64,000 nt of DNA from an uncultured Nitrososphaeraceae archaeon (GCA_963779615.1 CAVZZA010000003.1:544001-608000); one strand, 5' to 3'; positions 10,162-21,427 are shown, numbered from the stretch's first letter. Numbers and translations are program-made. The notes: generated from the sequence alone by a model not told the origin.

Positions 10162-11574
10162 TCAGCCTCCCTTGTCATTATTGTGAGTATCATCTCCTTT
10201 GGAGGACCTTCTACGAGCAATTACCGTAATAACAGTTGTCACGATTGTTCCAACTACACCAATTATCGCCACTAACACGGTCGGATCAATAAATGGTTTT
10301 TGTGAATTTGACGTGGAAGATTCTATGGAAGGAGGAGGCTTTACTTTTACGCTAAGTGACGAGGAGCCTATTTCTTTTCCATCCTTATTGAAAGCTGTTA
10401 ATTTTATTATGTATTGTTTAGCTTCATCATATGGATGCGAAAAAGGAAAACTACAATTATCTTCTAGTCCATCACCCCATTCGCAATGAACTCTGTCTAC
10501 ACTGCTATTTTTTATACCGTCAATTTTTATTTCTAAATTTTCATTTTCTGTTATGTATGCTTTAAAATTTGTATCTTTCGATGTTGGCTGGGCAGTTGGC
10601 TGGGCAGTTGGCTGGGCAGTTGGCTGGGCAGTTGGCTGGGCAGTTGGCTGGGCAGTTGGCTGGGCAGTTGGCTGGGCAGTTGGCTGGGCAGTTGGCTGGG
10701 CAGTTGGCTGGGCAGTTGGCTGGGCAGTTGGCTGGGCAGTTGGCTGGGCAGTTGGCTGGGCAGTTGGCTGGGCAGTTGGCTGGGCAGTTGGCTGCGATTT
10801 TATTACAAGTCCATTTTCGAATGCAATGTTGCCCCAAGAGGACGGGTTTACAACAGACATTGAGAGGGGAAAACCGGATTTTTTGCCTGACGGATAATCC
10901 TGCTGTTGGATTGCAAAGCCATATGATTTAGGTTGAGTGGAAAAATGAATTCGAAAGTCCCCTTCCCACTTATTACTTTGGCTAAATATGTTGAATGTCA
11001 TGTTTTTAAAATATTGCCCCAAACCAAGGGTATCGCCAATTGAGGATGTCATCAAGGCATACCCATTTTGCTCTTCGGTTCCTGTATAATATTGAGCTTT
11101 TTGATTTCTTAGTAACATAATGAATTGATCAGAGGGTTTGATGGCATTGTTGCCAGGATTATTGTTACTACTGGAGTCAAAAAGAAAAACTATAGAATCG
11201 GCATCGTCCTGACTGCTGTCAGGTATTGTAAACGTCCCGTATACAGAATTGTATTTTGTTTCATACTTTAGGTTCAGGGTAACATTTTGGTTTATTGAAT
11301 TTGCCGCTGGAAAGGTTATATTTGCATTTGACTCTGGTGCATACTGATTTGGAATGGATCCCTGTTGTTGAATGTAATCCAGAGAACCTTGGGCAATTGA
11401 GAAAACATCAAAATTACTGTTTCCCTTGATATGGGAAGCATGGCAAAAATAACAAATAGATGAAACAAGTAATGTGAACAGCACCACAGTTAGCACAACA
11501 ACAGGAATTCGACAAAGTCGTCTTGCCACGGGATTGAAAAAAATTGAACTAGTCATCATGTAACTTGAGCACAT
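10162..11574 (-). CDS. Surface protein with (QPTA)n linker, PKD domain and C-terminal membrane anchor
   Basis: N-terminal hydrophobic segment, 18 QPT(A) units, PKD motif WGDG...HPYDEAKQYIIKLTA, C-terminal TM followed by RRR. Confidence 0.85.
   Translation of the reverse strand: MCSSYMMTSSIFFNPVARRLCRIPVVVLTVVLFTLLVSSICYFCHASHIKGNSNFDVFSIAQGSLDYIQQQGSIPNQYAPESNANITFPAANSINQNVTLNLKYETKYNSVYGTFTIPDSSQDDADSIVFLFDSSSNNNPGNNAIKPSDQFIMLLRNQKAQYYTGTEEQNGYALMTSSIGDTLGLGQYFKNMTFNIFSQSNKWEGDFRIHFSTQPKSYGFAIQQQDYPSGKKSGFPLSMSVVNPSSWGNIAFENGLVIKSQPTAQPTAQPTAQPTAQPTAQPTAQPTAQPTAQPTAQPTAQPTAQPTAQPTAQPTAQPTAQPTAQPTAQPTSKDTNFKAYITENENLEIKIDGIKNSSVDRVHCEWGDGLEDNCSFPFSHPYDEAKQYIIKLTAFNKDGKEIGSSSLSVKVKPPPSIESSTSNSQKPFIDPTVLVAIIGVVGTIVTTVITVIARRRSSKGDDTHNNDKGG
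10583..10794. repeat. Perfect 12-bp minisatellite (GTTGGCTGGGCA)x17.7
   Basis: Read directly; encodes QPTA on the minus strand. Confidence 0.98.
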
Positions 11575-11631
11575 CTCCGCAAATTCACTACATTAACAAT
11601 TCTTGGTATTGTATGTGCAATTGACAAACTC

Positions 11632-12666
11632 TTATTTTTGAGAGTTAGCCATATTGGTGCTAGATAAATCAGATATTGGGGATGTTTGGGCAAAAACTTG
11701 GATTTTATGGGTTCCCATATCTGCTACATAAACGTTCCCAGACGAATCAGCAGCAATACCATATGGGCTTGTGAACTTTCCCTGACCCACACCTTTTTCT
11801 CCCCACTTGGTAATGAATGCACCATTAGTATCAAACTTTTGAACTCGGTTATTGCCAGTGTCGGCCACATAGACATTACCTACAGAGTCAACGTTAATGC
11901 CCCCTTGCCTAATAAATTGACCATCACCATTACCTTGTTTTCCCCATTTTGCAATGAATTTTATTGACGGACTAGAATCCCCCTCAGTGGTAACCCCAAA
12001 TTTTTGAACGCGGTGATTGTTGGTGTCAAACACATAGACATTGTTTGAGCCATCAACTGCAATGCTCGTTGGGGCACTGAACTGCCCATTGCCCAATCCA
12101 TTTGAACCAAAGTCAGTAAGCAGAGAACCATCAATGGTATCTATTTCAAACTTGTTGGGGGTTGTTTGGGCATAATAGACATTCCCAGAAGCATCTATAG
12201 ATATTCCAGATTGATAAACTGGTCCCGAAGTAACACCAGAAGCAGCCCATTTTGTAAGAAATGAGCCATCGCTTGTGAATTTTTCAATTCGCAAATTGCC
12301 TGAATCAAGCACATACACATTTCCTACTGGATCTATCGCTATGCCTGTTGGGCCACTAAATTGTCCATCGCCTGAGCCTTGTGCACCCCACTTTGAAATA
12401 AATTTACCATCTAAATCAAATACTTGTATCCTGTTGTTCCCGGAATCCACAATGTAAACATTATTGGATGATGGATCCATGGCAATGGCAGATGGTCTGT
12501 TAAACTGTCCATCACCTATACCTTGCGTCCCCCATTCTTTGACAAAGGAATAATTCTCTGAAGTAGTGGCATATGCAAATATCGAATAGGAATTCAAAAT
12601 GGAAATTGAAATAATTGTAGCGATAAAGAATATAATTATTTTAGAAGTCTTTTCTGCTATACTCAT
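11632..12666 (-). CDS. Secreted NHL-repeat beta-propeller protein
   Basis: Signal peptide and about six NHL blades; paralogous to the NHL part of 7610-9993. Confidence 0.9.
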   Translation of the reverse strand: MSIAEKTSKIIIFFIATIISISILNSYSIFAYATTSENYSFVKEWGTQGIGDGQFNRPSAIAMDPSSNNVYIVDSGNNRIQVFDLDGKFISKWGAQGSGDGQFSGPTGIAIDPVGNVYVLDSGNLRIEKFTSDGSFLTKWAASGVTSGPVYQSGISIDASGNVYYAQTTPNKFEIDTIDGSLLTDFGSNGLGNGQFSAPTSIAVDGSNNVYVFDTNNHRVQKFGVTTEGDSSPSIKFIAKWGKQGNGDGQFIRQGGINVDSVGNVYVADTGNNRVQKFDTNGAFITKWGEKGVGQGKFTSPYGIAADSSGNVYVADMGTHKIQVFAQTSPISDLSSTNMANSQK

Positions 12667-13171
12667 TATAACTTACTCATGATTTAAGCATATAAATATT
12701 TTTTTGGTTTTGTTGTTATTTGAAAATTGTTTTCATTTTATTCCTTATACTATATAAAGCAATAATGAATATACATGGCTCTACATTCAATGTATAGTTC
12801 CTTGTTATGCAAATCCGCAAATAGGTTCAACCAATTATTTACATGTTTGAGTTTACAGTTTGGCTTTTACAAAATGACTGTTATCCAATTGCATTAAATA
12901 CTAAAATCCGTTTGTCATTGACACAAAAGTCAAGTTTGGGATTGCAATCAAAACTACACTTGCCATGCAGAATAACACATTGTTGGTTTAGAAGTGGACA
13001 TTAGAAAATTCATCTATGCACCTATTGAATAAAATATTCATAATATAGATAGTATATGTTTAATGACTATCCTTTTTTTAAGGATAACATGCCAAAGCAC
13101 TATTCAGACATATCCACAATCATGTTTGTGTTCTCATTTAACAAACTATAAGAAATTAAAATATGAAAAGA

Positions 13172-13188
13172 CCCGCTCAGTCCATCGA
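13172..13188 (+). repeat. att-like direct repeat copy 2
   Basis: CCCGCTCAGTCCATCGA followed by several GTTAAC-like motifs. Confidence 0.85.
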
Positions 13189-13726
13189 CAATGATTCGGA
13201 AGGTTTTGGCGAATTTTATGCTCAAAAAATCAAGTTGTTAACAAAAAATCGGAAGTTTAGATCGGACATACTGTGAAATAGTTAACAAATTTGCTAACAC
13301 AAAATAAACCTACGATAAGGAAAAGCGGCAGATTTGTAAACATTTCAAAATATTTGTTAACACGGCGGTTTCCAATGCCAACATTCCAGATAGAACATTT
13401 TATATATGAAAAGTGATAGAAATCCCATTCTACTGATGTAATTTTAACATCAACTAGGAATATTATTCCAATATTTATATTGAATTATATTATCATAGAC
13501 ATGGAAAATTAATCTTTGTTAGACTGTGTTTTTTTAATGTAGATTTTGTCATTTTCAATCACGATTGTTATTTTATCTCTCAATGGGTTTTGACTATCTT
13601 CATTGCGCATTTTTTTTGTCAGTTGCCGAAAATCTTGCCCAAAAAATTATTCACTATAGGGCTTAAATCCAAATTGCTCGCTGATTAATATTCTTATTTA
13701 TTGGAATTCACTACCAATAATGTTAT

Positions 13727-15088
13727 ATGGCGAATATAATGAACTTTAGACCATATTATATGAGTACAAGAAAAAAATTGAGTCCCCCAGCCAATATTGC
13801 AGATTTCAATCCAGATTCACCTCTTTCAGAGAAATGGAGTGATAAGCTTTCAACACAATTCAGATCCGAAATTGAAACTATAACAAAAGAACAAAATGTT
13901 ACATCCAGTCAAATAAATTTTTTTAATCCACTGGTACCACCAGAAGGCCAAATTGGTGTATCTCATATAACATGGGGCGGTTTTCCCAATGTCTTAACAG
14001 CAGGACATGGAAGACAAGAAGCATTACGAATAGCAGATAGATTAGAATCTTTTACCGAAGTCCAGGATTCTGACGGAAATAAACTAACATTTAATTTTAG
14101 ACCCCAAGACGAATACCTTGAATGGGTTATAAAAAGGGATGAGCCAACAGGTAAAATAAAGGAAATTGTCTTCACATGTGAAGGACCAGAATATTGGGAA
14201 AACTTGTCTGTTGATTCTGAACTGCTCTTGAGTCTGTACCGAAAGTATGCAGGGCCAGAAGTAAAATTAGGTGATTTACAACATACACAAGATTTATACC
14301 CACTCAAAAGGGATGAGAGTTTAGAGCCGGTTATTAAAAAAGGGGACTATAACAGATGGAACAAATGGAATATATCTTCCGCAATACACCTTACTCATCC
14401 AAGTAACACTTTATTTGCCGAAATTAATTTGGCTGCACGCAGCACAATTTTAAGAAAAAGAGGAGAGACACCCATTACTGATGCCCATGATCTTATTTGT
14501 TGTTCGGGCTATGGAGCTCCGAACAGGGACAGCGACCCAACAATAGGATCTGGTGCAAATTTGGCAGTAAGAGATAGAAATTGGGTAAGCTTACACGATC
14601 CTGTTGGAATATATATAGATGGCATTGATCCATCGCAATTTACAAAACCCGATGGCTCGGCAATACTTGATTTTGCTAACAAGTATTGGAACATAATAAG
14701 GTCAAGTGACGACGGTAAAATGATTCTAAGAGCAAGTGTTAAGGTACCGGATAACGAGATGTTTGACGGTAAACCGTTATTGTTGGGAGACCTTTTGGTC
14801 AATGGAGAGGCTTTACAATATGGCGGGCAAGTGACAGATGCAATCACTGTTGGATTGTATGCTGACATAATACCAAATGGCCCAAAAGCGGTTGCTTTTG
14901 ACTGTCCTAATAAATGCTGCACCAACCCAGACAACCCAGACATAGACGAAGTCGTTCCAATAAATGAAGACTGCAAAACAGAAACTCAAGCATTGTCTCT
15001 TGGTGAAGCGGGAAGAAGTAATCGCTTAACACTTATGGATAAAGGTTATTCGCGAGGAACTGGAGTAAAATACAATGACGCAGTCTGA
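13727..15088 (+). CDS. Uncharacterised protein coupled to the DyP peroxidase
   Basis: 453 aa; motifs RPQDEYLEW, FTCEGPEYW, HLTHPSNTL, CCSGYG..NRDSDP; its stop overlaps the DyP start by 14 nt. Confidence 0.8.
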   Translation: MANIMNFRPYYMSTRKKLSPPANIADFNPDSPLSEKWSDKLSTQFRSEIETITKEQNVTSSQINFFNPLVPPEGQIGVSHITWGGFPNVLTAGHGRQEALRIADRLESFTEVQDSDGNKLTFNFRPQDEYLEWVIKRDEPTGKIKEIVFTCEGPEYWENLSVDSELLLSLYRKYAGPEVKLGDLQHTQDLYPLKRDESLEPVIKKGDYNRWNKWNISSAIHLTHPSNTLFAEINLAARSTILRKRGETPITDAHDLICCSGYGAPNRDSDPTIGSGANLAVRDRNWVSLHDPVGIYIDGIDPSQFTKPDGSAILDFANKYWNIIRSSDDGKMILRASVKVPDNEMFDGKPLLLGDLLVNGEALQYGGQVTDAITVGLYADIIPNGPKAVAFDCPNKCCTNPDNPDIDEVVPINEDCKTETQALSLGEAGRSNRLTLMDKGYSRGTGVKYNDAV

Positions 15089-16697
15089 CTTTGATCTTTT
15101 AGAACCTGTACTGGATGTCACCGACATTCAAGGAAACATAATACCTGGTTTTAAGAAAGATCACCGCACTTTACTAGGATTTACCTTTAATAACTCCAAT
15201 GAGGCAAAAAAGTGGGTTAAATTATTATCATCACATATTTCCACATTGTACAAAGTTCTCAATGTCAATAGAACATATAAATCTGAAAAAAAACGCTTGG
15301 GCGCTGAGCCAACCGACCTAACGGCCACATGGACAAATATTGCCTTTTCATATCCAGGGATAAGAAAATTAGTAAACGACATGGAAGAAATAGAACTGGA
15401 TTATGCCTTTGATAACACGTTTAAAAACGGCTTACCGAAATCATCCATTGGATTAGGGGATTCAACCGATCCAAACGCGGAAGGCAACATTTCCAATTGG
15501 GTGATAGGGATACCCGATAGAGAAGGAGAATCAGATGGCATACCGGACGTTATTTTGATTATAGATAGTGATACTCCTGAAGCTATGGAATCAAAGGTAC
15601 ATTTTATTGAAGGTTTGTCTCCCAGCTATGAAACAAAATTGCATTACAAAGAGGTAGGGCATGATTTGTCATACTACGGTAACGAGCATCTAAGAGGACA
15701 CGAACATTTTGGTTTTAAGGATGGTATTTCGCAGCCGGCTGTAAGAGGCAGATCTTCATCTAGCCCAACTGATTTTTTGACTGCAAGGTCTGCTGATGCA
15801 ACAGATGATCCTAATTCTCCGGAATTCAGCTCTGATGGCAATCCACTTGTAGCAGCCGGTGAATTCGTTATAGGCTATCCAGTTCAAAATTTAAACTATC
15901 CAAGAAGGGTTAATCCAGTAAATCAACCTCACAAACTTTTAAGAAATGGCTCTTATTTGGTTTACCGAAGACTTAAGCAAGATGTGGTGGGTTTTGAGAT
16001 TTTTGCCAATAGAGAAAGCCAAAGAATATCCACTTCATCTGGATTTCCCACCATTAGCCCTCTAAAGTTTAAAAGTCTCATTGTGGGTAGATGGCCTAGT
16101 GGCGCACCGGTCAGTAAATCCCCTGACCAAGACAGTCTTGAATTGGCCACAAGTAATCATAACAACACATTTGGTTATGCAGACGATCCTAATGGTTATA
16201 AAACACCCGTATTTAGCCACATAAGGAAGATAAATCCGAGAGATTTATCAACAGATGATGGTCCACCATCACAAACATTAAAAAGACGGATTCTTAGACG
16301 AGGGATACCATTTGGTCCCCCTTTAGAGATTGGAAAACCAGATACAGTTAATGGGGATAGAGGATTGTTATTTTTATCGTATCAGACATCCATTAGAGAA
16401 CAATTTGAATTTATAGTGAGAAGATGGGCAAATAGCACAGTTAATCCGTCTAATGGTTCCAGCCCAGGGGTTCACCAGGGTGGATTAGATCTTGTCATTG
16501 GCCAAAAATCAGAGACAGGAACATCAGGTAATCGCGTTCGTAGTAACTATTTGCGTGGCAAAGTGAACGATGAAACTATAGAGGTAAAAACAACTACAGA
16601 AGGTTTAAGCATGCTAGATTGGGTCATACCGACTGGAGGTGGATATTTCTTTTCTCCCTCAATCAGATCACTAACAGACATTCTAGGTGCGACATAA
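15075..16697 (+). CDS. Dye-decolourising (DyP-type) heme peroxidase
   Basis: EHFGFKDGISQP (GxxDG), SHIRKINPR (proximal His), RRILRRGIPFG (distal Arg), GGGYFFSPS. Confidence 0.93.
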   Translation: MTQSDFDLLEPVLDVTDIQGNIIPGFKKDHRTLLGFTFNNSNEAKKWVKLLSSHISTLYKVLNVNRTYKSEKKRLGAEPTDLTATWTNIAFSYPGIRKLVNDMEEIELDYAFDNTFKNGLPKSSIGLGDSTDPNAEGNISNWVIGIPDREGESDGIPDVILIIDSDTPEAMESKVHFIEGLSPSYETKLHYKEVGHDLSYYGNEHLRGHEHFGFKDGISQPAVRGRSSSSPTDFLTARSADATDDPNSPEFSSDGNPLVAAGEFVIGYPVQNLNYPRRVNPVNQPHKLLRNGSYLVYRRLKQDVVGFEIFANRESQRISTSSGFPTISPLKFKSLIVGRWPSGAPVSKSPDQDSLELATSNHNNTFGYADDPNGYKTPVFSHIRKINPRDLSTDDGPPSQTLKRRILRRGIPFGPPLEIGKPDTVNGDRGLLFLSYQTSIREQFEFIVRRWANSTVNPSNGSSPGVHQGGLDLVIGQKSETGTSGNRVRSNYLRGKVNDETIEVKTTTEGLSMLDWVIPTGGGYFFSPSIRSLTDILGAT

Positions 16698-16859
16698 TCG
16701 ATGTGTTATAACAGTTGTTTTGGATTTGCTTTATCATAACAAACGCTCAAACTACTTGCCATTTATAGGAATTTTAATCTTTTTTCAATTTACACAAAAA
16801 TAACTCACAGCAATGAAAACCGAATCACAATAGAACTTCTATGCCACATGGAATTCAAT

Positions 16860-16876
16860 CCCGCTCAGTCCATCGA
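16860..16876 (+). repeat. att-like direct repeat copy 3
   Basis: TTCAAT-CCCGCTCAGTCCATCGA; the upstream TTCAAT resembles a T-loop; followed by TGACCA-type motifs. Confidence 0.85.
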
Positions 16877-17277
16877 ACAGCATTCAGCAGATGTGCCCGC
16901 GTGTTTTTGTGCTCATTTTTGTAAAATAGGTGACCATCAAAGCAGATAATTTTGGATTGAAAATAGCAAAAAAGTTGACTATATGGTTGACCATCAAAAC
17001 ATGAAATTATAATTGTTGGTCAACTGTTAGTTGTTAATGGCCAACCATCAACTTATGATACTAACAATCCCCTTGCCTAAACAATTGGCTACCTTGCTGC
17101 AGATTTAAATAATTTCAGCTCAGAAATTTTTTATGCCACTGCACCTCCAAAAGAACCACAATTTCCTTTTCAGGGCCCGCACATATAAATTTGACCGAAT
17201 TTTTGACCGCTTTGACTGTTATATTGAACAATATGACCACAGTTAAATGCTAGTTGTCATATACTAATAATATAATA

Positions 17278-19243
17278 ATGTCAGGCCTAAAACAAACGAC
17301 TGAGTCGCTAGTGATACAGGGCTTCCTAAACGGCAAGTCGATGGACCAAATAGTCTCAGAAACCAATGTCTCAAAAGGCAAGGTGCATTACTTGATAAAT
17401 GACTGGAAAAATGAAATTGGGTTACCCTACATTGACGAGCTGAGGGAGTTTTCGGTCATAGTCAGGAAATCCGGGATATCGATTGGGCAATGCGCCCAGG
17501 GATTTAGGATGATAAGCATACTGAAAAACCTTGGCACACATGAAGGCGATGATAACGACGGTACAGACAACAAATATGAGGGCAACTACAACGAGTTCTC
17601 CTCCTTTATAGATGACATCTACAAAAACTGCAAAAGGGAAGGCGTTACGCCCTCAATCATACCAGTATGGGTTAAGGACCTGTTTGATTTTTACAATTCC
17701 ACCATCAAAGATCAAAAAGAATCATTTTTTCCCATGAATGAAGGACCTGATGGTGGTTTTGACAACAATATGGACAATAACAAAGATAGCAATGCGCGAC
17801 CGAAATCAATTGCAAAAAGATTTGACGAATCTATCTCCAGCCATCCGCATCAAGAGAACAGTCCAAGTTTCAGATCTCAACAAGAATACGATGATGTTGC
17901 TGGTGATGGTGGCGATCCCGATTCCTTCACACATACAAAGGAAAATTTAACAAATTCCAGCCTTAAACAAAACCCCCTCGCCCATACTCCAAATGATGAA
18001 ATCGAGATACCATTCGTTTCCCAAATATCCCTCTACATTCACCAAAAGAAAAGAGAATATTCAAAAGTTGAAAACCATAGAAAAAAGGCTAAAGCGGAAG
18101 TGGAAGACCTCGATTTCCAAAAGACGCTGTTGAAAAAGGTGCTTGACGGGTTAGTCAAAGAAAAAAAGGGCATGGTGTCCTATTTCCAAACATTTTTAGA
18201 ACTAAAAAAAGTGTTACTTGACAAATATGACATTGACATAGAAGAGGCGATAAAAGAGGTTGCCAGGATAATCCATGACTTTAAAGAGAACGGTTATGAT
18301 GCTGCCAGGATAATAGAGGAATATGAAAGAATCAAAATCCCTCAAGTGGCTGATAAGCGAAAATGAAGAAAGGGTCAAAGAAATTCAGGAACAAAGAAAT
18401 TACCTGCTCAGAGAGGTTTCATCCCTAGACTCGCAAGCAAGCATGCACAAGCAAACCATGAGTGTGTATTGGGAACTGGAGGCAATGGGATTTGGGCTTC
18501 CAGAGATAAAACAGATATGGAACACAATTTTGGAGATTGCCGGAACCAGAAAGGATTCAATATCACCACAAGAGGCAGTATCCCTATTCATAAGGGACAT
18601 TGAAGAGAACTACCACGACAAATTTTTACTGGAAGACAAGGTCAAAGAAAAAAGAAATGAGCTTTCTCAGATAAAGCAAGAACTGAACAACAGCAGACTG
18701 GCACTGCAGTTAACGCCATTTGTAGGCACAACCTTGCATTATCTCTTTCAACACGGAATAAGCGAAGGTGACATCATAAGCATCAGCCAATTGGTGACAG
18801 AATCTGCAAACGGCAAGTTACAGTTTGATCCTCAAGACGAGGACAGCAAAACCGTAAATGTCAGTAACAGCAATAACAATAACAATGGCAGTAACAGATC
18901 AGAACACTGGAAATCATTTTTGGGGAATTTGAGAAAATTAGGGGACATAAACTCTTTGATAAAGGAACAACAGGGAACACTGGAACTAATAAGGAAAGAA
19001 ATTGGTGATTTAGACAAGCAAAAACAGGATCTTTCTGCCCACTGCCAAAACGCAGTTTCTTTTATAGGTTTAATGGCCAAACAGATCCACCACTTTAACT
19101 GGTTAGTCGATCATTACTATAATACCACAACCAAAAAGATCAGGGCATCATCTCCCACATTATCCCCATTGCTCATAAATTTGGTATATCTTAATTTGGA
19201 CAACCCGCATAAATCCGACAAGGAGGCAGACGGGGATAAATAG
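17278..19243 (+). CDS. N-terminal HTH, long coiled-coil protein; split by a frameshift at ~18325
   Basis: GKSMDQIVSETNVSKGKVHYLINDW is HTH-like. ORFs 17254..18366 and 18323..19243 join if one base in TATgAAAGAA is removed. Confidence 0.7.
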
Positions 19244-19928
19244 TCTTTTGTTATATGACACACATATGCACATTGTCAACTCTGCTGGCATGCACTACCT
19301 TCGGTTGTCTGGATTTTAGTTTGTTACCATCTTTGTTTCTCGATGCCTAATCGTGTCATTGTTTACAGGTAGCCTATCGAAAAACCTCGAGTGGACCGAG
19401 AATGGCTTGCGGGCTCTACGCTGTTTGGTAGGCATAGGAGAGAAAGGGAATTTTAACCATTGAATCCACTCTGGCAATCACTACAAAGAATATGAAAAAG
19501 TGTCCGAAGGTATTGGTGTGATAGGAACCACAATACCTTACCTCAAGAGTTTAAAATCCAATTAATGGCAAAACATCAAGTATGCAATTACAGGTTTTTT
19601 ACGGTCTTGCCGGATCCACAACTGGTCCTGAATCTATCTCTGTTGAACTCTTGACACAGACGCCTGGACTCATTTGCTGCTAGAGGTTGCTGCTGCCACG
19701 CTTTCAGCGTCATGTGCATTGTTGTTCTCGCTGCTAGTGTTATCATTGACCTTCCATCCATACCTCTCGTATTCGCATAAAAACTCCCGACTCTTTCCAT
19801 AGATCTTTGGACAATGAATGATTGCCCACATCTTCGCAAATTATGTCTCTGCATGTTGAGCTGGTAGGAATGTGCTGTTGCAAGTCTAATCAAACGTTGA
19901 GGATTCTCTGAACATATTCTTTGACCCC

Positions 19929-20219
19929 TTAAAATTTATGGAAATCCGCCCTTTTCATCTTTGAGCCACATTTTGGACAGGCAATTTCATTATGTCTTGT
20001 TTCACAACTAATACAAGAGTAACTGCTTGAATTACGAAACACTGTATTCATTCTTTTAATAACTTTTTTTCTGAGATGAAAGTTTAACAGAATGAAGGCT
20101 GCTATCGCTAGTGGTATAGACAGAGGAAAAGGGGTATAAAACAAAATAGCGAAGACAACACCAAGGGAAATGCCTATCCACAACAACGGTCCGAAAAGGT
20201 ACTGCTCATTAGTATTCAT
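19929..20219 (-). CDS. Small membrane protein with C-terminal zinc ribbon
   Basis: Two TM helices, then CISC...CPKCG. Confidence 0.75.
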   Translation of the reverse strand: MNTNEQYLFGPLLWIGISLGVVFAILFYTPFPLSIPLAIAAFILLNFHLRKKVIKRMNTVFRNSSSYSCISCETRHNEIACPKCGSKMKRADFHKF

Positions 20220-20382
20220 AGGGTATGCTTTCTTAGAACCATAACAACTATTATTGCATTTTCATTCTTATTTTATTGTCTGACCTGTGGTATTTTATAT
20301 TCATATATATGAAGGTGACGGACCACCACCTCGATGCTGAATCCCTTTGACATCCCTAAAGCGTAATCCATCCAAGCAATAG

Positions 20383-20715
20383 CTATGACAGAGATTGGCT
20401 CGTCATTCTTTTATCATATGCCTCGATTATCTTTTGTAAACCATGTTCTTCTTCCTTTGCTGCATCGATAAATTCATCCAAAATGCCATATTCTTTCACG
20501 GTACTGACCTTATCAAAGAAATCCTGGTTATGTGATCTCTCAAGTTCCAGAATATCAGAAGGACATGATTCGTTATATGCAGACTTGATTAGATTTTTTT
20601 GAATCAGTAATCTGTTATAGCGACTGGCCGCAAAATAGCGTCTAAAGAGATTTAACCTCTCCCCCTTGCCAAGTCTCTCAAGTTCTCCCTTATCAGGGAA
20701 TTTAAAATCAATCAC
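20383..20715 (-). CDS. Conserved hypothetical helical protein (thaumarchaeal type)
   Basis: FRRYFAASRYNRLLIQ; GTG start at 20715 preferred. Confidence 0.7.
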   Translation of the reverse strand: MIDFKFPDKGELERLGKGERLNLFRRYFAASRYNRLLIQKNLIKSAYNESCPSDILELERSHNQDFFDKVSTVKEYGILDEFIDAAKEEEHGLQKIIEAYDKRMTSQSLS

Positions 20716-21052
20716 CTTATTGATCAACCATACGCAAATCGCACACAGATGTAAACACACTTATCACAAACCATGAATTGCAATGCAGAATCCGGCCCAA
20801 TATCCAACGTTAAAGAAAACCTTTAAAGCTTGGACACATTCTATCATTAGCAGGAAACTGCTTTTATTACCGATATGGTAACCAAGCCCACCGAATCCGC
20901 TACCTATTTATAGTAAAGACATAAGCAATAACCATAATTTCTCAAGTATCAAAAGTTGAGGCACATCAATGAATTTTCAACATGTCAGTGAATGTCGTTC
21001 CTACAATAATTTGAGGTTAGCCAGAGGAATTTTCTTCGCACCATACTTTAAA

Positions 21053-21427
21053 TCAGCCACGCGGAGGCAATTCCTGAAGGGTCCAAGAGTTGCCATCCGG
21101 ATCATTAAAACGAACTAACCTGCCCCAAACTTGTTGGTCAACATCAGTAACATTCACTCCGCGCTTTTTAAGTTCATCATGAGCGGCCTGTGCATCCTTG
21201 ACTACCATTTGTAAACCCTTAACGCTTCCAGGTTTCATGTTGTCGGCGATACCAATCCCGAAACAAATTGAACAGCCAGAACCTGGAGGTGTCATTTGAA
21301 CAAAACGTATCTTCTCGTTCACGGCATGATCATGGTCTAAACTAAAACCTACTTTATCTCTATAAAAGTCAAGTGCACGATCCACATCTACTACTGGAAT
21401 TGCAACCTATTCAAGTTTCATTTCCAT
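21053..21427 (-). pseudogene. VOC/glyoxalase family protein with an in-frame TAG at codon 7
   Basis: MEMKLE*VAIPVVDVDRALDFY...F.DPDGNSWTLQE; TAG at 21407-21409. Confidence 0.85.

Noticed and set aside
10553-10931. ORFs of GWAV, PANC and LAGQ repeats, or a CRISPR array
   Set aside because: Alternative frames of the 12-bp QPTA minisatellite; no spacers and no cas genes.
16800-16876. Complete tRNA gene at the att-like repeats
   Set aside because: Only the 3' ~13-19 nt match; no 5' acceptor strand, D-arm or anticodon arm at any copy.
19588-19893. 101-aa ORF, possibly a decayed zinc-finger gene
   Set aside because: No complete motif and no convincing start.
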